Both the position numbers and the translations under genes were made by a program. DNA of 64,000 bases from a virus (Duplodnaviria > Caudoviricetes). The notes beneath the pieces are model-generated. The model searched no databases and was not told the DNA's origin. It saw nothing but the letters and a program-made list of their open reading frames with translations. Numbering within the stretch: position 1 is the first letter of the stretch; each line of letters opens with the position of its first letter. This document shows positions 19,249-26,794 of this stretch, in pieces. The DNA lies in IMG/VR virus record IMGVR_UViG_3300029305_001452, positions 64,001 to 128,000 of that record; one strand, given 5' to 3'.

Positions 19249-19366
19249 AGTAAGTGATACTTAAATACTGCCTCAAAGGATTAGCCTTTCAGGAGACGGT
19301 GCCTGCACCGACTCTGTTTACTGGTGTAGATGCCGAAGTACAAGGTGCAGTAGCCAGCAATAATAT

Positions 19367-19442
19367 GCGGTAGTAGTTCAATTGGTGGAGCCCCAGATTT
19401 CCAATCTGGCTGCTGCGAGTTCGAGTCTCGTCTACCGCTCCA
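19367..19442 (+). tRNA. tRNA-Gly(TCC)
   Basis: cloverleaf, loop TTTCCAA, U73, CCA. Confidence 0.92.
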
Positions 19443-19619
19443 GTAGAGAGAGTCTACTTAAAAGGTCAGCAACAAGATTGTCTGACGCAACGTTGAAACA
19501 AATAGTCCGGGCCAACTTCGGTTATTTGTGGAGTTCATTGAGGGTTTGATGCCATCCACAAGTTGGCTAGACAAAAGTCGAAAGAAAAGCATCAGTCTAC
19601 GAAACGGAGGATATTGCCT

Positions 19620-19667
19620 ATGATTGAATGCGTAAAATCCAGCAAGGAGGAAACTCCTCCAGCATAG
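19620..19667 (+). CDS. candidate 15-aa micropeptide MIECVKSSKEETPPA
   Basis: GGAGG RBS 9 nt upstream; paralog of the same length at 22836. Confidence 0.4.
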   Translation: MIECVKSSKEETPPA

Positions 19668-19709
19668 TAGCGGGTTTCGCCGTTCCCACCAAAAACGGCG
19701 AGTTAATAT

Positions 19710-19798
19710 GGCGGGTTAATTCGGACGGCTCCGAACCTTGTCTTGAAAACAAGTGGTACCAGGGATGGTATGGGGATCGACACCTCAGCCCGTCGCCA
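19710..19798 (+). tRNA. atypical tRNA-Ser(TGA), possibly 8/4 fold
   Basis: loop CTTGAAA, long variable arm, G73, CCA; 5-bp D stem; T loop ATCGACA. Confidence 0.75.
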
Positions 19799-19803
19799 TA
19801 TAT

Positions 19804-19893
19804 GGAGAGTTACCCAAGTGGTCAAGGGGGCAGTTTGCTAAACTGCTAGGGGTTTAAAAGCCCGCGAGAGTTCGACCCTCTCACTCTCCGCCA
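19804..19893 (+). tRNA. tRNA-Ser(GCT)
   Basis: class II cloverleaf, loop TTGCTAA, G73, CCA. Confidence 0.93.
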
Positions 19894-20007
19894 TACCCCG
19901 TACATACCTGGGGTTGCATCGTGTATAAGTCTCGCATAACACTACTTATCTTGTGATGAGTTGACTGAATAAAGGTGTTATTTATCTTAAAGAAAGGAAA
20001 ATATAAA

Positions 20008-20247
20008 ATGAGACTAAAGAGCATTAATGAAGTTAATGATTTTCTAGCAGTAGTTGACTCTTGCAACGGTGATGTTTGGCTAGAATCTCAGTATGGTGAT
20101 AGATTTAATCTAAAGTCAAAACTGTCACAGTATGTTGCTATTGGCGCACTACTAAGTGATAGTCAGGAAGAACTAGAATTGTTCTGCTCTAAGGAAGACG
20201 AAGATAAGTTCTTTTCTTATTTTAGAGAGCATCCTGGTGTGAATTAA
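20008..20247 (+). CDS. small HPr-like protein
   Basis: AGAAAGGA RBS; FLAVVDSCNGDVWL..GDRFNLKSKLS resembles the HPr fold around Ser46. Confidence 0.55.
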   Translation: MRLKSINEVNDFLAVVDSCNGDVWLESQYGDRFNLKSKLSQYVAIGALLSDSQEELELFCSKEDEDKFFSYFREHPGVN

Positions 20248-20261
20248 GTAACACCATATAT

Positions 20262-20336
20262 AGCCCCGTGGCCAAGCGGCAAGGCGAAGGACTTTGACTC
20301 CTTTATTCACTGGTTCGAATCCAGTCGGGGCTGCCA
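20262..20336 (+). tRNA. tRNA-Gln(TTG)
   Basis: cloverleaf, loop CTTTGAC, CCA. Confidence 0.93.
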
Positions 20337-20340
20337 TAAC

Positions 20341-20414
20341 GGAGGATGTGGTGTAATGGTAGCACGCGAGTCTTGGGGTCTTGAAGCGCAGTTCGAATCT
20401 GACATCTTCCACCA
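20341..20414 (+). tRNA. atypical tRNA-Pro(TGG)
   Basis: GGAGGATG/CATCTTCC 8-bp acceptor, shortened T stem, loop CTTGGGG, ACCA. Confidence 0.65.
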
Positions 20415-20437
20415 CAAAAAATAATTTGTCAAACCTC

Positions 20438-20466
20438 TTGACAAATCGCAAAATATATGATATAAT
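20438..20466 (+). promoter_or_regulatory. sigmaA-type promoter
   Basis: TTGACA-17-TGaTATAAT. Confidence 0.8.
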
Positions 20467-20525
20467 CCAGACACTTAAAAGAAAACAACACAAAATTAAT
20501 GGATGAATGAACGAGGTGATGAAGC

Positions 20526-21329
20526 TTGATGGAATATTATACAAGCTCATCTGAACAAATTCGACAAGATACATGTGATGAGGTAGAATATGTAGAAATT
20601 AAAAATCCATTTGGTTTTATTTATATTACAACTAATTTGATAAATGGTAAAAGATATATTGGACAAAGAAAGTTTTCTGATGGGTGGACAACATATCTTG
20701 GAAGTGGAAAGAGATTTAAAACGGCTCTGAAAAAATATGGTAGAAAAAATTTTGTTAGATTAATAGTTGATATAGGCTATTCTCGTGAAGAACTAAATGA
20801 TAAAGAAATTAGTATAATAAAATTTTTAAATGCCGTTGATAGCAGAAATTTTTATAATATATCAGAAGGCGGAGAGATAAAAGGCAAAAGTGGAAAAGAT
20901 GCATACTGGTATAATAAAAAAATTCCACAAGAAAGCATAGAAAAGGCAAATTTAAAAAGATATAAACCTGTTTACCAGTTCGACTTAAATGGTAATTTTA
21001 TTAAGCGTTATGAGTCCGTAACACATGCTGCAAAAGAAAATAATCTTAGCAAACAAGGAATAAGTAAGTCGTGTAATGATGATAGTAAAACATGCGGTGG
21101 TTATTTTTGGTCATACAGTGACAATATTGGCTTAAGAAAATATGATCCTACCAAAAATCATAAACCAGATGAAGTATATCAATATGATTATGATGGTAAG
21201 AAATTAATTAATATTTATATATCTGCAAAAGAGGCAAGCGAAAAAACTGGAATAGCTACATACAATATATATGCTTGTCTTTCTGGTAAGAGAAAACATG
21301 CTGGAAATTTTACTTGGAAAAAGGAGTAA
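20526..21329 (+). CDS. free-standing GIY-YIG homing endonuclease with two NUMOD1-like domains
   Basis: GFIYITTNLINGKRYIGQ..YLGSG; repeats VYQFDLNGNFIKRYES / VYQYDYDGKKLINIYIS. Confidence 0.85.
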   Translation: MMEYYTSSSEQIRQDTCDEVEYVEIKNPFGFIYITTNLINGKRYIGQRKFSDGWTTYLGSGKRFKTALKKYGRKNFVRLIVDIGYSREELNDKEISIIKFLNAVDSRNFYNISEGGEIKGKSGKDAYWYNKKIPQESIEKANLKRYKPVYQFDLNGNFIKRYESVTHAAKENNLSKQGISKSCNDDSKTCGGYFWSYSDNIGLRKYDPTKNHKPDEVYQYDYDGKKLINIYISAKEASEKTGIATYNIYACLSGKRKHAGNFTWKKE

Positions 21330-21336
21330 TTAAATT

Positions 21337-21993
21337 ATGAGTACAAAAGAAACATGCACTATCCACAAGGCACTTTCCGAACTGAAGACTATTGATGACC
21401 GTATCATCAAGGCCATCCGTAGTAACACCTATGTACTAGCTGTTAAGCATTCAGCAGAGAAGATTAACGGTGTGAAGGTTGACACCTGCAAGGAGAATAT
21501 GAAGAGTGGCTATCAGAAGGTTACCGACCTAATAGCTCGTCGTGTTGCAATGAAGAGAGCAGTTGTTCTTTCCAATGCAACCACTAAGGTTAAGGTTGGC
21601 AATAACGAATACACCGTGGCCGAGGCAATTGAGATGAAGAATCACGGTATGGAGTTCAAGAAGACTCTACTACAGTATCTATATACTGCATATGGTTCTG
21701 CTCAGAACGAGTTCAATAAGAACAACGATGAGGCACTTGAAAAGAAGGCAGAGCAGTATGTTCTCGCAGTGATTGCTGCACAGCCCAAGGACTCTAAGAT
21801 GTCTGTTGATAGCGAAGCAATGAAGGCACTTCGTAAGACATACATCGAGAACAACACTTATGATTTGCTTGATCCTCTGAATGTAGCTAAGATCATGGAA
21901 GAACTTGATTCTGAAATCAACGAGTTTGAAGCTGAAATTGATGCAGCACTGTCTGTTTCCAACGCACTAACTGTGATTGAGTTCGAGTATTAA
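21337..21993 (+). CDS. helical protein resembling the DIP1984/septicolysin-like family
   Basis: TIHKALSELK, VLSNATTKV..YTVAEAIEMK and IDAALSVSNALTVIE patterns; family recognised from memory. Confidence 0.55.
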   Translation: MSTKETCTIHKALSELKTIDDRIIKAIRSNTYVLAVKHSAEKINGVKVDTCKENMKSGYQKVTDLIARRVAMKRAVVLSNATTKVKVGNNEYTVAEAIEMKNHGMEFKKTLLQYLYTAYGSAQNEFNKNNDEALEKKAEQYVLAVIAAQPKDSKMSVDSEAMKALRKTYIENNTYDLLDPLNVAKIMEELDSEINEFEAEIDAALSVSNALTVIEFEY

Positions 21994-21997
21994 TTAA

Positions 21998-22420
21998 TCT
22001 GCTTGCTGCTTTTCGAAAACCTTAAACGACTACTTATCTCTTCTTTTTTAATCATTTAGAGTGATATTAATAAGTTAAATAAAATGATTACTAAACAACT
22101 TTATGTACTTGAAATACATAAAACTCTTTGCCTAAGGGTTATAAATAATAAAAGATATGATAAATTAAGATGATCATATAATTATTAATTAATTGTAACT
22201 GTAAAGCTTAAAGTTAAAAATTCAAGACTTAAGGTTCAAGGATCAAAGTTTTATTTTGGTCAAAGGTCGTTTATTAAAGTAGTAAAGAGGGCTAAGAAGT
22301 TATAAATAATTGAATATTATGCGGAGCCCACAAAGTTTTACAAAATCCACGGTTAAAGGTTTGGGTGAGTGGTCAAGGCCCAAAGGTGAGCCTCGTGGCT
22401 GGAAAGTAGCAAGCACCAGA
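21998..22420 (+). ncRNA. putative ~415-nt structured ncRNA with heptamer repeats
   Basis: 16-bp terminal stem 22000-22015/22400-22415 with 3 G-U pairs; further long-range helices; 7 x 7-nt repeats. Confidence 0.7.
22202..22250 (+). repeat. 7-nt tandem repeat, approx. YAARGTT x7
   Basis: TAAAGCT TAAAGTT AAAAATT CAAGACT TAAGGTT CAAGGAT CAAAGTT. Confidence 0.8.
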
Positions 22421-22549
22421 TAAAAATAATAAATGTTGAGTAGTGAGTATAAAGCCATATTGAGTATGCCACAACGTACAAACTCAAGAAAACAGTGAAG
22501 AGCTGGATAACCTTCTGTACAAAGGTTGAATTGAGAGTGGCAGAGTTTA

Positions 22550-22625
22550 GTCCAAAGATGGTGTAAGGGTAGCACACAGAAGGGTAGGCCGGCGAGGTAC
22601 TGTTCGAATCAGTTGAGGGCGACCA
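22550..22625 (+). ncRNA. degenerate tRNA-like element (D and T arms, no clear anticodon stem)
   Basis: GGTGTAAGGGTAGCAC D-like arm, ACTG-TTCGAAT-CAGT T arm, ACCA end. Confidence 0.45.
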
Positions 22626-22835
22626 AAAAGAAAACTCTTAAAAGTACAGAGATATGAAAAAACGATGTAACAAATGAGAACTTGGTCGGTAGAGATTAAT
22701 GATTAAAGATAGACCGTTGGTGAGTCATGCGCAGACAAATCCAACCATCGTTCCCATAGATGAAATTTCTATGGCTCAATGAATTACAAATAACATACGA
22801 AAGTGTGTTAAATAATCCAAAGGAGGACTTTGCCT

Positions 22836-22883
22836 ATGATTGCATTCGCTAAATCCACCTCGGAGGATACTCCAATCGGCTGA
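22836..22883 (+). CDS. candidate 15-aa micropeptide MIAFAKSTSEDTPIG
   Basis: AAGGAGG RBS; paralog of 19620-19667. Confidence 0.4.
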   Translation: MIAFAKSTSEDTPIG

Positions 22884-22922
22884 TTGGGTTCCTGGGGCAA
22901 GAACTGAAACTGCCCCTCATAT

Positions 22923-23000
22923 TGCGGAGTAGACAAGAGGTCTAAGTCGCCAGCCTCATAAGCTGGAAATCGTTGGTTCGAATCCAACCTCACGCAACCA
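22923..23000 (+). tRNA. tRNA-Met(CAT), fMet-like 3' end, bulged acceptor stem
   Basis: loop CTCATAA, ...CGCAACCA. Confidence 0.8.
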
Positions 23001-23003
23001 CAT

Positions 23004-23093
23004 GCCGCAGTGGTGGAATAGGTAGACACCCGGGACTTAAAATCCCGTGAGGCTAAACCCCTCGTACCGGTTCGACCCCGGTCTGCGGCACCA
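23004..23093 (+). tRNA. tRNA-Leu(TAA)
   Basis: class II cloverleaf, loop CTTAAAA, A73, CCA. Confidence 0.93.
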
Positions 23094-23147
23094 CCTGAAC
23101 AAATGGCATCGTGTTATGTGTGGCTGACCAACCTTAAGGTCATATAT

Positions 23148-23223
23148 GCCCCAGTAGCTCAACTGGCAGAGTACTTGATTTGTAATCAAGATGTTGCAGG
23201 TTCAACTCCTGTCTGGGGCTCCA
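23148..23223 (+). tRNA. tRNA-Thr(TGT)
   Basis: cloverleaf, loop TTTGTAA, CCA. Confidence 0.93.
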
Positions 23224-23349
23224 TACTAAAAACAAATCCTGTCGGCAACACTAGAATTATAAATAAGCTAAAGTGCAAGGTTCATGCCCTAGAAAATTAA
23301 ATATAGCTACTAGACAGCATGCCACATCCCGTGCTTCTGTCACTATAAG

Positions 23350-23379
23350 GCACCGGGCAAAACTCGGTGCTATTTTTTT
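23350..23379 (+). terminator. terminator closing the tRNA array
   Basis: GCACCGGG-CAAAA-CTCGGTGC followed by TATTTTTTT. Confidence 0.8.
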
Positions 23380-23391
23380 ACAATTTAGGCC

Positions 23392-23420
23392 TTGACAAAC
23401 TTAAATTAATGCGTTATATT
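23392..23420 (+). promoter_or_regulatory. sigmaA-type promoter
   Basis: TTGACA-17-TATATT. Confidence 0.65.
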
Positions 23421-23461
23421 AACAGTACAAAATTAATATTAAATAAAGGAGACATAATTAA

Positions 23462-25894
23462 ATGACAGAAAAGATTACAATGATAGAACTCTTCTCTGGT
23501 GTTGGAGCACAGGAAAGAGCACTACGGCAACTTAACATTCCATATGAGGTGACTCATACTTGTGATCTAGACAAAGATGCGGTTCTTAGTTATGCTGCAA
23601 TGAGAACCGACTTTGAAAATGAATTTAACTCTTATAATTTCCCATCCGTAGAAGATATGATTTCAGAATTGCAGAGTAAAAATGTTGGCTATGACTTTAT
23701 GAAGGGCAAGCACACCATTACAACTCGTACATCTGTTAACAAGTTGAAGCAATATTATCTTGCGGATAAATTATCCAAAAATCTTGGAGATATCGGAAAG
23801 ATTGAAAGACTTCCTTATGCTGATATGGTTACTTACTCTTTCCCTTGTACTGATTTATCCGTGGCTGGCAAGGGTGAGGGTATGCAGAACAAGTGTGAAT
23901 CTTGTGGTCATTCTTGGCCTATTGACTTTAGTAGTTCCGAAGAGGTACTAGTCTGCCCTAATTGTGGTGAAAATGTGTCTTCTAGCACTCGTTCTGGTTT
24001 GCTAGGGCAGGTTCAGAGACTTCTATCTGTTGCTTATGAGAATAACGAATTGCCTAAGTATCTTCTTCTTGAGAATGTAAAGAATCTTGTTGGCAAGAAA
24101 TTTGTTAATCAGTTCGATGCTTGGGTTAAGTGGCTTGACGGCATTGGTTATAATACATATTATCAAGTACTTAATGCGAAGCACTACGGTATCCCTCAGA
24201 ATCGTGAGCGTATCTTTGCACTTTCTATTCGTAAGGACATTGATAATGGTGAATTTAAGTTCCCAAATAAAATTCCTCTTAATATTCGCTTAAAGAATAT
24301 TCTGGAAAAGAATGTTGATGAGAAGTATTATTTACCAGATGAGCGTATTGATAAAATTCTAAACTCAACATTTATTCAAGAAAAGAAACGTATTCAAATG
24401 AAGGATGTGTGCGATACACTTCTTGCACGAGACTGGAAAGATCCTAAGTGCGTACAGGTGGAAGGCGATACAAGTCCTATTAGGTTAGGTAATATTTATG
24501 ATGAGAAGTTTGGCACCGGTTATGCTGGAAATGTATGGGATAAAAATGGCATATCTCCAACTCTTCAGACGGCACAAGGCGGCAATAGACAGCCGTTGGT
24601 TATTGACGAAGTCAAAGTAGAGCCGTTCATCGTAGCTTCTCGTGGTAGAAATCCAGACAATCCTTCTGATAGAACTACTGGAGCGCCCACAGAGCAAAGA
24701 CTTGAGCCGAATTTTAGTGGTTGCACAAATACTCTTACATCCGTGCAAAAGGATAATTATGTTGCAGAACCTCAGGTGCTTCGTGCTGAAAGAACTGAAT
24801 ACGGTAAGGCCATTCGTAAGCAATATGAATCTGGAGAAGTCTATGAAAAGATTAGCAATATGAGAGAATTGACTCCTCGGACAGATGGTGTTAGTAATAC
24901 TATTACCACCTTATTAAAGGACAACTATGTTTATGAGCCTCAAGTTAAGAATGTAGGTAATATTTATCCGTCTAATGGTCAGAATGGTAATATTTATGAT
25001 ATTGACGGTATTAGCCCAACTATCAATGCGGGTACTGGTGTTAAGGGTTGTGGCATTGGTAGCAATAATGCTCCTAAGGTCATCGTGCCAGAATTATTAA
25101 ATGGCAATTGTGCATATGAGCCACAGATGGTTATTGGAAGTATGCAAGCAAATTCATATATTGGTGATTGTAGCATTAGTCCATCTCTTACAGCTGCCAT
25201 GGGAATGGGTGGCGGTCAGATACCTATGGTTGGTTATGTTACAAAAGATCCTATTATATACGATGATTATAATAGTCGTATTAGTTCTGACCAGGATGCT
25301 ATCAACACACTTACTACCAACTGCGGTGCATCTGCTGAAAGAAATGGCGTTAAGATTATTGAACCGATTGTTTGTGAAGAGCGTAGGGATGAGGGTATCC
25401 GTTTCTTTAAGGACGATTGTGTTGGCACACTAAGAACTATTGATGCATGTGGTGACAAAAGAGTTCTTGAGCCTGAGCCTCAACTAGAGTTTGTTGGTGG
25501 ATTGGGTGAAAAGGATTGGGTTAAAGACGGTAAAATGTTAAGTCGTAACTACCCTCAAGGCTCCAGTGTTTATTCCTCTGATGGAATCGCCTCTGCGTTA
25601 ACTGCACAAGGTGTTGGTGGAGCTGGTGGTTATAGTGGATTATATACGGTAGAGGAAGAGCCTAAAAATATTAAGTGGCGCATTCGTAAGCTTACCCCTA
25701 AGGAGTGTTGGCGTTTAATGGGCTTTACAGATGAAGACCACGATAGAGCGTCAAAATATGTAAGTGCCTCTTCTCTATATAAGCAAGCTGGTAATTCTAT
25801 TTGTACTTGTTGCCTAATTGCAATTTTTAATGCGCTATTCCTACACGATTACAGTACTTCTTATTGTGATAAGCTAGTAGATTATAATTCTTAA
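23462..25894 (+). CDS. dcm: DNA (cytosine-5) methyltransferase with a very large repetitive variable region
   Basis: ELFSGVG, SFPCTDLS, LENVKNL, PQNRERIF, RKLTPKECWRLMGF, KQAGNSI. Confidence 0.9.
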   Translation: MTEKITMIELFSGVGAQERALRQLNIPYEVTHTCDLDKDAVLSYAAMRTDFENEFNSYNFPSVEDMISELQSKNVGYDFMKGKHTITTRTSVNKLKQYYLADKLSKNLGDIGKIERLPYADMVTYSFPCTDLSVAGKGEGMQNKCESCGHSWPIDFSSSEEVLVCPNCGENVSSSTRSGLLGQVQRLLSVAYENNELPKYLLLENVKNLVGKKFVNQFDAWVKWLDGIGYNTYYQVLNAKHYGIPQNRERIFALSIRKDIDNGEFKFPNKIPLNIRLKNILEKNVDEKYYLPDERIDKILNSTFIQEKKRIQMKDVCDTLLARDWKDPKCVQVEGDTSPIRLGNIYDEKFGTGYAGNVWDKNGISPTLQTAQGGNRQPLVIDEVKVEPFIVASRGRNPDNPSDRTTGAPTEQRLEPNFSGCTNTLTSVQKDNYVAEPQVLRAERTEYGKAIRKQYESGEVYEKISNMRELTPRTDGVSNTITTLLKDNYVYEPQVKNVGNIYPSNGQNGNIYDIDGISPTINAGTGVKGCGIGSNNAPKVIVPELLNGNCAYEPQMVIGSMQANSYIGDCSISPSLTAAMGMGGGQIPMVGYVTKDPIIYDDYNSRISSDQDAINTLTTNCGASAERNGVKIIEPIVCEERRDEGIRFFKDDCVGTLRTIDACGDKRVLEPEPQLEFVGGLGEKDWVKDGKMLSRNYPQGSSVYSSDGIASALTAQGVGGAGGYSGLYTVEEEPKNIKWRIRKLTPKECWRLMGFTDEDHDRASKYVSASSLYKQAGNSICTCCLIAIFNALFLHDYSTSYCDKLVDYNS

Positions 25895-25918
25895 CAATAC
25901 AAAATTAATGGAGGACTA

Positions 25919-26779
25919 ATGAAAATTTTAAGTTTATGTGACGGGATATCTTGTTGTCATATTGCACTTGATAGAGCGGGCATTACTGTAAAAGAATACT
26001 ATGCAGCAGAAATCAAAGAAATTGGAATTAGAGTAACAAAAGATAATTATCCTGACACTATCCATATTGGTGATGTGAATAAAATTAGTTATAGAGACGG
26101 TGTGTTATACACAGAGAATGGCAATTATAATGTTGGTCATATTGACCTTGTCGCTTTCGGAAGTCCATGTCAGAGCTTCTCACAGGCTATGAAGACTCAT
26201 ATGAGAGTTGGTCTAGAAGATAAAACGCGGTCTGGTCTGTTCCTAGAGTGCTACAGAATTCTCAAGGAAGTCAATCCTACATATTTCTTAATGGAAAATG
26301 TGGCAAGCATGAAGCAAGAAGATAAAGATTTTATTTCTAAGCTTATGGGTGTTGAGCCTATTCGTATTAATAGTAAGCTTGTTGGACCAGCGCTTAGAGA
26401 TAGATTGTATTGGACAAACATTCCTAATGTAACTCAGCCCAAGGATAAGAAAATTACTCTACAAAGTATTCTTACTAGTGGTTATACAGACAGAGAAAAG
26501 GCGCGAGCGTTGCTTGTTAGTGATAGCCGTCCGTTGACAGATAAGAAAAGAATGATGCACAGATACCGTGATACTGGCTTTACAACCATTATTTGGGAAG
26601 AAAAGGGTAACGACGATTCTATTCGGTATATGAATCAGATAGAGCTTGAGAGATGTCAAAATGTCCCTGAAGGCTATACAAAATGTCTAACAAGAAATGA
26701 GGCGGCAAATGTTCTTGGTGATGGTTGGAGTGTCGATGTAATCGCGCATATTTTTAAAAATTTAACAACACAAAATTAA
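25919..26779 (+). CDS. DNA (cytosine-5) methyltransferase
   Basis: LSLCDGI, GSPCQSFS, MENVASM, RDRLYWTN, LGDGWS. Confidence 0.85.
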   Translation: MKILSLCDGISCCHIALDRAGITVKEYYAAEIKEIGIRVTKDNYPDTIHIGDVNKISYRDGVLYTENGNYNVGHIDLVAFGSPCQSFSQAMKTHMRVGLEDKTRSGLFLECYRILKEVNPTYFLMENVASMKQEDKDFISKLMGVEPIRINSKLVGPALRDRLYWTNIPNVTQPKDKKITLQSILTSGYTDREKARALLVSDSRPLTDKKRMMHRYRDTGFTTIIWEEKGNDDSIRYMNQIELERCQNVPEGYTKCLTRNEAANVLGDGWSVDVIAHIFKNLTTQN

Positions 26780-26794
26780 TGAGGAGAAATAACA

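Noticed and set aside
19710-19798. Selenocysteine tRNA
   Set aside because: The anticodon is TGA (Ser), not TCA, and no sel genes are visible.
19628-19849. 73-aa ORF, and similar ORFs at 17445-17954, 19881-20066, 20173-20574, 22808-23029 and 23103-23300
   Set aside because: They overlap clear tRNA genes and look like chance open frames.
22202-22250. CRISPR array or replication iterons
   Set aside because: Units are 7 nt with no spacers and lie inside a G-U-containing RNA stem; no cas or rep gene is adjacent. No CRISPR array was seen anywhere in the window.
22300-22577. Minus-strand ORFs across the putative ncRNA
   Set aside because: No RBS, opposite to the local transcription direction, and no recognisable protein features.
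22550-22625. tmRNA
   Set aside because: No GGGG 5' end with a G3-U70 alanine acceptor and no tag ORF ending in ALAA-like residues.
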